From: Torpedo marmorata
Taxonomy: Eukaryota
Length of the DNA: 64,000 nt
Reading direction: 5' to 3'
NCBI GenBank assembly: GCA_977017645.1
Contig: OZ360239.1
Coordinates: 33,852,001-33,916,000 of the forward strand
The notes under the pieces were generated by a model that was given only the letters and a program-made list of their open reading frames with translations, was not told where the DNA came from and did not search any database. The translations under genes were made by a program, and so were the position numbers. This document shows positions 13,001-25,000 of the stretch, in pieces. Position 1 is the stretch's first letter. The number at the start of each line of letters is the position of its first letter.

Positions 13001-16000
13001 GGCAAACTTCGCACAGAGAATACTAAAGGTCCGGATTGAACCCAGGCCCCTGAAATTGTGATATGGTAGCATTAAATGTTGCATCATGTGTACCATCGAA
13101 TAGAAGCTTTGACCACTTGAAAGGGTTGTATGTCAAAAGGTGCTGCTGGATCCATCTGCTCACCCACTCCAGTCTCATTTGTTCTGCCAGTCTCTAGCAG
13201 CTTGGAAAGTAAAATCAGAGATCTGGTCGGGTTTCTGGAGAAGGATTGTTCAGTAAACCTACTCTCCTTCCCTGCAACTCCCCAGGGGAGTCTGCAGATG
13301 AACATGGTAATGGTTAGTTTTCAAGTTTATCAAATGAATCTCACCTCACCACGAAATTTCCTGGGAACTATTTTTCCTAAATTATTCACATAAGGATTGA
13401 ATGAAGTTTTAAACTTGTACATACTTTGAAAAGTGTTGTTTAATTATGGATTTCTATTTTTATTTCTTAGAAGGCCCTACATTCCTGCCAACAGGTATGG
13501 AAAATGTTCTGAAGAGAAAATAATGATCCAGCTTTGAATGATTAAAGTTAATTATGCTTATTTCAAAATTGTACACTTGTTTTCAGCAAAATCATTTTAT
13601 TTCTAACATATATTTTATTGCATAACAGAAAATAACTCCTGCAGATACAGGTGTGGGGGTAACTCATCAAGTTGTTCGTGTGATCATGACTGCTATTATC
13701 ATGGCAACTGTTGCTTTGACTTCTGCAACCACTGTGCTTACATCAATAATGGTAAGAGCATTTGTAGGATTGATAGTGGTATTTTAGTGTTTGTTCAATT
13801 TAAAACATGACATTCTAAACAATCAGCAAGACAAGGTAGAATGCACATGCATTCTTTACTGAGTGGAAGGGTTTCTGAGACTGATGTCAGGAACGAAGAG
13901 ATGTCAATAACCAAGAGGATAAATGGCCTGAAGCACTGAGAAAGGTGTCGCTGGAAGTGAAAGTGTGAACATTCCTGGGATCCAGACTGGGGCGGCGCTG
14001 CCGGAGCCGCTGTAGCAGCAGCGGTGCCGCTGGTGTGGTCCCGCGGGGTGCGTGGGAGCGGAGATACAGCACTCCCGCGGGGTCCAACCGCCCAGTCGAC
14101 TGCCGTCGGTTCCGCATGGGCTTTGAACGGCCCGTTGAGGGATCCGACGGTGGTTTTATTTATGTTCCCGTGACCGCAGGGTCTGCGCCCAAGATGGCAG
14201 CGCCTTTTAACCGGCAGCAGCCACGAGGGGCTGCAGACTCCGGGGAAGCGGAGGACTGGAGCAGGGCACCAGAGGACGGGAAGGTCACCCCCGTCTGAGA
14301 AGGAGAATCGGAGGAGACGACCCACGGGACGGTGACCAGTGCATGAGGTGGGCTGCTGGCGACTCGAGGCGAGGAACCCGCGGAGGCTGTGGGCTGCTGG
14401 AGACTGCTGTCGGGGGACTCACGCCGGGCTGCGGACTGCTGGAGGCTGGCTCAAACTGGCTGGAGGAGTACCAGGTATTGGAACCGGGATGCGAGGCGGT
14501 GCCGAGGGCGCCCTGACCGTGTCGGAGGTTCGGATCTGGAGCTCGGGTTGCCATGGTTTGGACTGGACTCTGTGTGGCTGCGGAGGCTGCGGAAGCGCTG
14601 GATGTGAATCTATGGACACTCGGTGACTCTGGGTGGACTCTCTTTTGCTTCTCTTTCTCTGACTGTAAGGAATGTTAGAGGCGCTTAGGCAATTTCTGCC
14701 AGTGGCGAATCTGTCTGCCTTGCAGCAGGCAAAAAGAAATTTCATGGAATATGACACTGTCTTATTACTATGACAATAAATTGAATCTTGAATCTTGAAT
14801 CTTGAATCCAGGAATCAAAGGCCGGAGCAAATGTAATTTGGAAATAAAGGACTATTCTTTCATTGCTCCTAAAACCAATTTGGGAACACCCTACCCAATA
14901 GCATTGTGGGATTATCTTTGTCAAAGGAAGGCAGTGATTGAAGAATGTGGCTCACTAATTCAAGGGCAAAAAATGGAATGGGCTATAAATGCTGACTTTG
15001 TCATGTCCCAAAATGATTAAAAATAATTGAAAAACTATGATTCATTCATTTGAATCACAGGTTGATGTTGATAATTTCATTTCATGTCATTATTATTGTT
15101 TCTTTTTTTTAAAATATTTTATTTAAAATTTTAAATCACAAAATACATAAGGTAAAATATAAAATTATCAAAATACTTGTGATACATTTTCACCCCCCCA
15201 CCCTCCCTCCCCTCCCTAACCCTCCCATCCCTACTAATCTACTAAAATAAAAATAAAAAAGAAAGAAAAAGATAGAATAAGGAGAATGTCAATCTAAAAA
15301 ATACATCTATAAACTAATTTTATTATGGAGGATAGGTTCGCCAGTCAGATCCGATGTCCAGAGATCTTCAAATCCTTAAACCAACAGCCTTCATATATGG
15401 GCTCCACATTTTCAAAAAGAAATAATATTTATTACGTAAATTATAAGTAATTTTTTCAAGTGGTATACATGAACGAAGTTCTGCATGCCATCTTTCTAAC
15501 CCTAAATCTACATCAGATTTCCAAGTAATAGCAATACATTTCTTAGAAACAGCTAAAGCAATTCGCAAAAATTCTATTTGATACATATTTAATTTCATTT
15601 TAATACTAACTCTTTTAATATCTCCAAATAAAAATATCATAGGGTCCATTGGGAATGTAATTTTTAATACTTTATCTAAAAACTTTTTAACTTTTAACCA
15701 AAAATCATAAACTTTTGGACAAAACCATGTAGAATGTGCAAAAGAACCTTCCTCTCTATTACATCTAAAACATAAGCCTGATAATGTCGCGTTAAATTTC
15801 TTTAATTTTTTTTAGGTGTTAAATATAATTGATGAACAAAATTATATTGAACTAATCTATATCTAACATTAATAATCTTCGTCATACTTAGTTTACATAA
15901 TTCTTTCCAATGATCTTCATCTATTGTTACATTCAAATCTGATTCCCATTTTAAACTTGATTTATGAATTCCTACTTTAGGGATTTTTCTCTGAAACAAT

Positions 16001-19000
16001 CTATACATTTGAGAAATAAATTTATTTACACCTCCGTTTCAATAACAATATTATTGTTTCTCTGAATATGACTGGAAGATTGACCAAATATACTTATCAA
16101 TGCAAATAAATTACATGTGTTTTTTTCTATAGGATACTGTGGTAGTTATGATACATCAGGTCAGTTAAATTTTTTTTATACATTTGTTGACTTGTTCATT
16201 GGGGTACAGCTACAAGAGCTGGGCAAAAACGGAAGATGTGTTTCATCTAATTCAATAATAGTTCTTCAAAAATGTACCATCATCTCCTTATGACAGGCAA
16301 AAAGCAAGACTCCTACCTGTATGAGAGAAGCTCCAATTATGTTCAGGAAGCTTGACTCTATTCTTGAAAAAGCTGCCCGCTTCAACAGCAGCCAAATACC
16401 ATCTGAAACATCTTTTCCTCCATGACTTTTGTACTACGGGGGCACTGTGTACAATGTAACAAATTACTTCCTCAACAATATCTACATATTACACCTTAAT
16501 GTAATAAATATTTCTGCTGAGAGCAGGTCACGGGTTGGGTAATCAGTGGTGACTTACACATCTCCTCCTGATTCTCCAAAAGCTTTTTCATCATCTGAAG
16601 GGCATAAATCAGCAATGCAGAGGAATAGTCACCATGTTCCAATTTGGTATTAACCCTTCAATACGCCAGACATTCAGCACCATTCAGAACAAGACTGTCT
16701 GCTTCAGTGACCATCATCTTAGACATCCATCTCTTTGGCGATTGACTGCCATGTGTACATTTCACAAGACCAGCATTTCCAACTCTTGCCCAAACCCCAT
16801 GATGTCCTGATTTGCAAATATATTATAATTCTTCATCATTACTGGGCCAAATTCCTATAATTCCTTATTTAAAGTTGCTATGGAGAGCCCTAGAAGGGTT
16901 GTAGCTACTCAAGAGGGCTGCCATCAGTATATCTCAGGAATATTTAGGGATGAGCAATAAGTTTTGGCCTTGCTGAAGACACTATTGTTCTGAGAATGAA
17001 TCCAGATAAATGAATATATTTTACTCAATTTATATTTTTATATTATTGGTCAGCACCATTAGCGTAATGCTATTACAATACTAGCGGCTTGGGTTCGAAT
17101 CCCGTGCTGTCTGTACCGAGTTTGTATGTTGTCCCCGTGTCTGTGTGGGTTTTCCCCAGGTGCTCCAGTTTCCTCCCTCCCTTCAAAACGTATGGGGCTG
17201 TAGGTTAACTTGGGTGTTATTGTGCAGCACGGGTTTAAATAGATAGAATTGGCTTCTACCATGCTGTAAATAACATTAAAAAATTTAAATTTAAATAATG
17301 GGCTACAAAGTTAGTGGGAAGAGATCAGGTTCAATGGAATACTGCCTGGTTTAATAAGCAATGAAAGAATAGTTAAATAATTTGATTCTTTGTTATTGGA
17401 ATAATTGAAAACACAGAGTGACCTGAAAGGAGTTTTTAAACATGAGACGATGATGTGGGGTTGACATAACCAGATTATTCCCAATAATTGACAGCTCAGA
17501 ATGAAGAACAAGTGAAACAATAGAAGAGTGAGACTTAGATTTCATTGGTGGGGAAGTAGAGAATAGCACAGGCACGGCAGATGCTGGAATATTGAGTGAA
17601 CAAAGAGAAGCTAGAGTGACATGGTGGATCAGGCAGCATCCATGGAGAGAAATGATCAGTGAACGTTTTGGGTTGAGACCCTTTATCAAAACTGCTTCGA
17701 TACAAGTTCCCAACCCAAAACATTGTCTGACCATTTCTCTCCATGGATGCTGCATGACCTGCTGAGTTTCCCTGATTATCTTTGTTCTGTGTGTGGATGT
17801 ACAATTCATTTCTCCTTTGAGTGATTGAAACAAAAGTTGTATCAGTATTCAAGATTAGATGGAATATGTGGACGATGAATTGAAGGGATGAGGAAACAGG
17901 GTAAATGTGACTGGAGTTATTGAACTCTGTAGTAGATAAGTCTTGACATTGAACTGTTGGGGCCAAATTAACCATTGTTATGTTAAAACTTTAATGGTTT
18001 GCTCCTATTAAATTATACTCAGTCAAGGATATTATTTGTTCATGGGAAACTGAAATCCTTTACTAATATTACTCTTTTTCCTTCTTTTCAGCACCAATAT
18101 CAGGTAACCCACTTTAAATGCTACCTATTTTACCTAAAGTTATAGCCTGAGAAACTTGCACACAAAAAAAATTAAAAGGAAGCTGTAATTTATGAATGAG
18201 TCCAGTTACAGTTACAAAGGAGCAATGTGTGTTCTCCTCCTTCAAAAAACACGGCTTCCCCTCTACCAACATCAACTCGGCCCTCACCCGCATATCCTCT
18301 ATTACCTGCACATCTGCCCTGGCACTCTCCACCCCCGTGCACAACAAAGACAGGATTCCCCTTGTCCTTACCTACCACCCAACCAGCTTCAGCAACCAAC
18401 ATATCATCATCAGCCATTTCCAACACCTACTACATGATCCCTTCACCAGACACATCTTCTACTCTCTACCTTCCACAGTGACTACTCTCTCCGTGACTCC
18501 TTCATCCACTCCTCCCTTCCCACCAATCGTCCCCTTGGCACCTACCCCTGTGACCACAGGAGTTGCTCTACTTGCGCCCACACCTCCTCCCTCACCACCA
18601 TTCAGGGTCCTAAACAGTCCTTCCAAGTGAAGCAACACATGAATTGTGAATCTGCAGGGGTCACCAGTGCTCCTGTTATGGTCTCCTCTACATCGGAGAG
18701 AATGGACGCAGATTGAAGATCACTTCTTTGAGCACCTTTGCTCTGTCCGCCACAATATTGGGGATCTCCCAGTGGCCACCCATTTCAATTCTCCGCCCCA
18801 TTCCCTTGCTGACATATTGTGTCCATGGTCTCATGCACTGCCAGACTGAGACCACTGCAAATTGGAGGAAAAACACCTTGTATTCTGTCTGGGCACTCTC
18901 AAACTGGATTGCATTAGCATCAACTTCTCCGGTTTCCGTCAGCCCCCTCCCCCCCCCCTCCCCCATATATCCCTATGTCTCCTTTCCTCCAGCTCTATCT

Positions 19001-22000
19001 CTCTCTTCCTTTTTCCCTCTGTCTCCTTTCCCCCAGCTCTTCGTTCACAGAGTTAAATCCCCTCCTCCCACTATCATTTCTCACCTTTCCTCTCCTGTCC
19101 TCCTATCCATATCCAATTAACACCTTTTGTCTGTTGGTCTGTACACCTCCCCAGCTTTTCAATTCAGGTGCCTAAATTCTTTTTACTCATACCTTGAGGA
19201 AGGGCTCAGGCCCAAAATGTCGGTTATATATCTTTACCTCTTATGGACGCTTTGAGACCTGCTGATTTTCTCCAGCATTGTCTTTTAACTGAAGAGAGGA
19301 AAGCAGGCAACAAATATTAAAGGAGAGACAAAAATAAATAATTGTTAATTTTTATCATATTATGTTTCACCTAGACCATTTCCTTATTGTTCACAGGTGG
19401 ATCATGTGGAGGTTATCTTGATGGTGCCTATGGATCTGTCATCAGTCCAGGTTATCCATACAACTATCCAAATAATGCAGCCTGCATTTGGTACATCAGA
19501 GTGAACAGCAACCAAACAATAAATCTGCAGTTTACTGAAATGGAGTAAGTGAAAATAATTCCATCTTTATTTTATGGCATAAGTAGAGTCAGTATATTTG
19601 CCGTCAATTGACTATTGCTGATAGATTGATTTACATTACCTTAGTATGTTTGTGGGATTATTTACACAAACAATGTAAGGCGTAGTTTTGGTTTGAGTCT
19701 TTATGATAAGAGTTCAATATCAAAATCTTAGCTGCAGCTTTTTGTGATGTAAAATTACACTGGACAACAACTTTTTTCAAAAGGTTTGCTTCCTGAAAAA
19801 AAATTGGGGATTATGATAGACAACTTCAAGATGATCACAAAGATAACTTCAGATTTGCTGTATCACGTAGGTATTTGGAGAAACATTAAATTAACTTTTA
19901 TTGAATTTAGCACGTTTAATCGCATAATGTTGCTGACACATTGCATTGGTTCAACTGACCTAAAAATGTTTTGCCGCTGATTTTCATTTGTACTCAGCAT
20001 CTGATGCCTCTCATGTCCGTGTCTAACAATAGTCGGCCTGCATTGATGAATTTCAGTTGCCATAATACCACTTTTCCATGGTCACAATGTCCTGGTGAAA
20101 CCTTCCATCATGTTTGTACCAAGATCAGCAGGGAAGAAGTCCAAGTGCGAATGCAGAAAATGAATTTTCAATGACATGTTGCATTTCATGGTTTTGTATG
20201 CTTGAAGTAGACTTAATATATGACAGGAAAACACAAAAACAGGATATATCTAAAAAAAAACGTTACGTGATAGGAAAATTTTAAGGTGATTTTCGTGATT
20301 AGCAGTCCAAAATCCATAAGATACACCCAAAAATATTCAGGAAGCAAAATCTTTGTTGTCCAATGATATCTGATGTTTTGTGCAAATAGAATTATTTTGA
20401 ATCAAGTAGTTAGTCCTTTTTATAAAACCATATTAGCTTTGCTTGAATTCATTAAATGTTTTCCGTGCCTTGCCAGAACATCTGTAATAATAGAGCTAAT
20501 TTTTTTTTCCCATTTCAATGTTAATTTAACGTGAATTTAATTACACATGTCTTTCTTCGTCCCCTTTTGAAAACAAATTGGTCTTAATGTGATAATCAAA
20601 AATAGTTATGTTATTTTACATGCAAAAAATTATATCATCATAGAGTCGTGCAGCACAGGAGTGGGTTATTGGCGCACCAAGTCCGTGCCAGCCAGAATTG
20701 CCCATCTGCACTAATCCCACTGGCTCACACCAGGACGATATCCTTCGATGACTTTCCTTTTTAAGTTTCTGTCTGGATGCCTCTTCTACATAGAAATTGG
20801 ATATAATTCCATCACCTCTTCTGGCAGTCTGTTTTAGATATCAAGCTCTCTCTCAGTTAAAAATAAACTTAACTCACAGATCTCCCTCCAAGCACCTTAA
20901 ACATATGCCCTCTTATTTTTAATACCACTGTTATGAGCAAAAGATTTTGACAATCTAACCTGTCTCCGTCTCTTATATACTTCCATCAGGTCATCTTTCA
21001 GCCTCCTTCACACCAGGAAAGCAAGTTCAGCCTAATCAAAGTCCTCCAGAACATCCTAGGTGTATCTATTATATCTTACCTGTTGGCTTGTGGTCCTCCC
21101 TCTTCCCTTTCCTTCCTCCCTCCTCTCCTCTCCTCCTGCCCCCTTCCCCCACATTTTTATTCAGGCATCTACCTGTTTTTACATGATCCTCCTGAAGAAC
21201 CCAGGCCCAAAATATTGATTGCCTTTAGTTCCTATGGATGCTGCGTGACCTGTTGAATTTCTCCAGCACTGTCAATCTGGTCAGACAAGACAAGGGGGTG
21301 TAGGTCAATTGGGTGTAATTGGGCAGCACGGGCTCGTGGGCCGAATGGGCCTGTTACCATGCTGTATGTCTAAATTGGAAAAAAAAAAATTCCCCACACA
21401 AAGTCATGCTGACAATCTCTAATCAGTTCCCTGTATAGCTGGCATTAACCTAAAGCTCCACACAAGCTTCTCTGTGCCTTCACAATTCTATGTTTTTGTA
21501 AGTGCCAGAATATATCTCAAAGGAATTTTATTTAAAGTCAAAACAACTTTAAATTTAACCAGCTAATGAGCACATCCTATGGTTTTAGAATTGCAGAGGA
21601 AAGGCTATGAATGTCGTGTGGGTCTCCAATTACTAAGATGTAAATTTGATTGAAAAATTATGCTTCCCACCTGAAATTCCCACACTTACAGAACATACAG
21701 AAATTTCTGGCATTAAATTTATGAAGAGGAATCAGTTAAAATTTACTGGAGCAAATGCCAACAGAGCATATTCAGTGCGTAAGGTTGCTATTTAAGATGA
21801 ATTTAGAGCAGTAAGATGATTAAAATATATGCAACATGATTATGTGTTGAAAGAATTGTTAAACAATGAAAATTAAAAGCAGATTGCGATTTGAGTGTAT
21901 GGTCAATGCATGTGAGAAGTCAGTCAAGCGATTTTATGAATAAAAATTTGATTTTGTGTTAGGGTGAATTAAACTGAGACAAAGTTGAAGAAGGTCTGGA

Positions 22001-25000
22001 TGGACTGGTTATCCAAGACTGGCCCAATATTTTCATATGATCTTTCTTTGGTCTCTAATGGTTTCCACCAGTGATAATTCATGTAGTTAAATTTATCATT
22101 GTCTGACTTATTAAGTAAATTAATAATATAAAAAGTGATTGCAACGAAACTCATTTTCAAGCTGTGATCTTTCTCTTGACAGCCTGGAAGTTTCATCAAG
22201 TTGTTCATTTGATTACGTTGCTGTATACAATGGCCCATCAATAAATTCTACTATACTTGCAAGATTTTGCCGTGAACCAAATGAAACCTTTACATCATCA
22301 TCCAACAGTATGACAGTTTACTTTCGATCAGATTCTAGTGTAACCAGACGTGGTTTCACTGCAAACTACCGCACCCTGCCCATCAATGATGGTAAGCTTT
22401 GTGAAATTATTTGTCAAGGAATGGCATGAGTAACTGAACGTGTAGCATTGATTCAAAGAGCATTTTGATAATGTGCATCTAAAAATTTAATAAGTATCTT
22501 GTTGCACCAGGAAGCTGTGGTATGGTTTACTGTGCATACGAGGCTGAAATTATTGGAGGATACCAGTCATATGCAGCGATGCCTGTTGTCATACTATACA
22601 AAGCCAACAATATTTATGGATGAGCAAACAATGAAATGCTGGAGGAACTCAGTGGGTCAGGCAGAATCCATAGGTAGAAATGGTCAATCAACGTTTCAGG
22701 TCGGGACCATTTATTGAAACCCGAAACATTGATAGATCATTACTACCCACTGATGCTGCTTGACATGTTGATTTGCTCTCATTGTGTCAAGATTCAAGAT
22801 TTCTTTATTGTCATGTAATAGTACAGAAAACCTAATATGACACAAAATTGCCTTCTGCCTGCCGTAAGGCAGACAACGAATCACCATTAGCGTAGCCCCT
22901 TACAGTAAGAGAGTTTAATCAAGTTTCCAGCATCTGCAGTGTTTCCTCTAACATTTGTGCCTTCTTTCCCCACTTGTAAGTTCCTAATAATGTGAAACAT
23001 TTGTCCTGTCCTGCCATTAGCAGAGGTTTTAAAAAATAGAATCCCAGTTTAGATTATCTTGTCAATCCATTCAACTGCAGGAGGGCAAATGTATTGGTTT
23101 TAGAATTGGTCACAGCGCCCAGATTAAATACAGAGGTAAATGATATATAATCTGGGCACTGTGACCAATTCTAAAAAGCAGTAAGATCAGGAAATGCCAT
23201 TGGAAGGTCATGAACATTCAATGCAAAGACTCTGTAAAATCAACAGTTCCATCAGGCAGTGAGGAGAGATAGACTGGCAGCTGTAGAAGCTCATTGCAAT
23301 GAAGAATTCTGAAATAAGGAAAGCTGGCAATGAATACTGTGAGAGGGACAAAATAAATAGTGTTTCTTTTTCCTTTTATTGTCCCAGCCAGACTTATCAA
23401 TTTCCTTATTGTTCACAGGTGGATCATGTGGAGGATTCCTTGATGGTGCCTCTGGGTCTGTCATCAGTCCTGGTTATCCATACACCTATACAAATAATGC
23501 AGCCTGCATTTGGTACATCAGAGTGAACAGCAGCAAAATAATAGATCTGCGGTTTATTGACCTTGAGTAAGTGAAGATGATTTGACCTTCATTTTATGAT
23601 ACAACTAATCTCAGGGTCGATACCGTTAACTAACTGTTTTAATCGATAATTTCAAATTCACTCAATACATTCAAGGCATTAATTATTTGAAGATGAATCG
23701 TATGCTTGGTCCTTTCACAAAGCTTTGTTGACTTTGCTCAATTTCCATGAATCTAAATACTCTATGAACACATGATTAATAATGTATTTTAGCATTTTCT
23801 CATGACAGCTGTTGTGAACCTGCCTGTAATTTTCATTTGTAATTTCCTACCATCTTGCCTTTTTGAATGTGACAAATAACCCCTGATTATGGCTGTTCCT
23901 TGAATATGAACCTGCTGGATATGAGGACAATCACATTAATTGTTATGATGGCATGATAGTCAAGATACTGGACTACTCTGGAGTAATGTGGTGCAGACAT
24001 ATGTTTGAAACGTATGGTGACAGCTGAGAAATTCATGGAATAAAATAAATCTGGAATAATGATTATGATAGGTGATACAGTCTGATCACATAGAGGATGA
24101 ATTCAGGGACATCCATTTAACTTGATAAGTACTATTTATCGTAATATGTGTGATAAAAGGTTTTTAAGCGGTGTAGCAGCATGGGATTTCATAAGGGACT
24201 GTCCAATGTAGAAAAAAATTATTTCACGGACAGGGGGAAAGGGCAGAAGAGTGGAATCTACTGACGCAAACCTGACAATCGCAATGGGCCAAACAATTTA
24301 ATGCTTTGATAGCTGCCAGAACACATTACAAGATGAAATAAATACAGTATCAAGAGGCATGTTCAGTGTGTAAGGAATTTACTTGATTTGAATTAAGAGC
24401 AAAATCTGGAGAAATATTCATGCAAAATTATTATTTGTAGGAATAAAGCAGCAGTGTTAAATAATGAGAGTTGAAACCAGGTAGATATTTTGGTGCAATG
24501 CAAAAAAGTGCTGGAGAAAATCAGCAGGTCACGCAGCATCTATAGGAAGTAAAGGATAACCAATGTTTCGGGTCTGAGCCCTTTGTCAAGGTATGAGGAA
24601 AATACAGGCAGCTGCCTGAATAAAAAGGTGAGAGGGTTGGTGGAGAAGAAAGGAGGGAGGAAGGGGCAGGGGGAGGAGTACAGGTGGATAGAGGTGGGAG
24701 GACAGAAGAGAAAAAAAATCTGAGGTGATGGGGGAGGGAGTATCTGTGAATACAGAGATAAGGAAAGGGGGTGAGGGCTGGAGGAAAGGAGACAGATAGG
24801 GAAAGGGAGAGACTCAGGGGAGGGGTTTAACGAAAACTGGAGGTCGATGTTAATGCCGTCTGCTTGGAGAGTGCCCAGATGGAATATTAGGTGTTGTTCC
24901 TCCAATTTGCAGGTGGCCTTGGTTTGCAAGTTCATGACGCCATGATCTGCCAACCTGTTGGTATGGGAATGGTGTGTGGAATTTAAATTGTTGGCTACAA

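Noticed and set aside
13795-14757. Cluster of overlapping ORFs on both strands
   Set aside because: Stop-poor GC-rich repeat with no domain signature.
17050-17110. tRNA gene (ggttcgaatccc)
   Set aside because: It is a SINE head without a full cloverleaf.
23379-23570. ORF-track 63 aa and 68-71 aa CUB ORFs as standalone small genes
   Set aside because: Their starts are non-ATG or intronic and their stops lie in or just past GT donors; they are exons of one gene.
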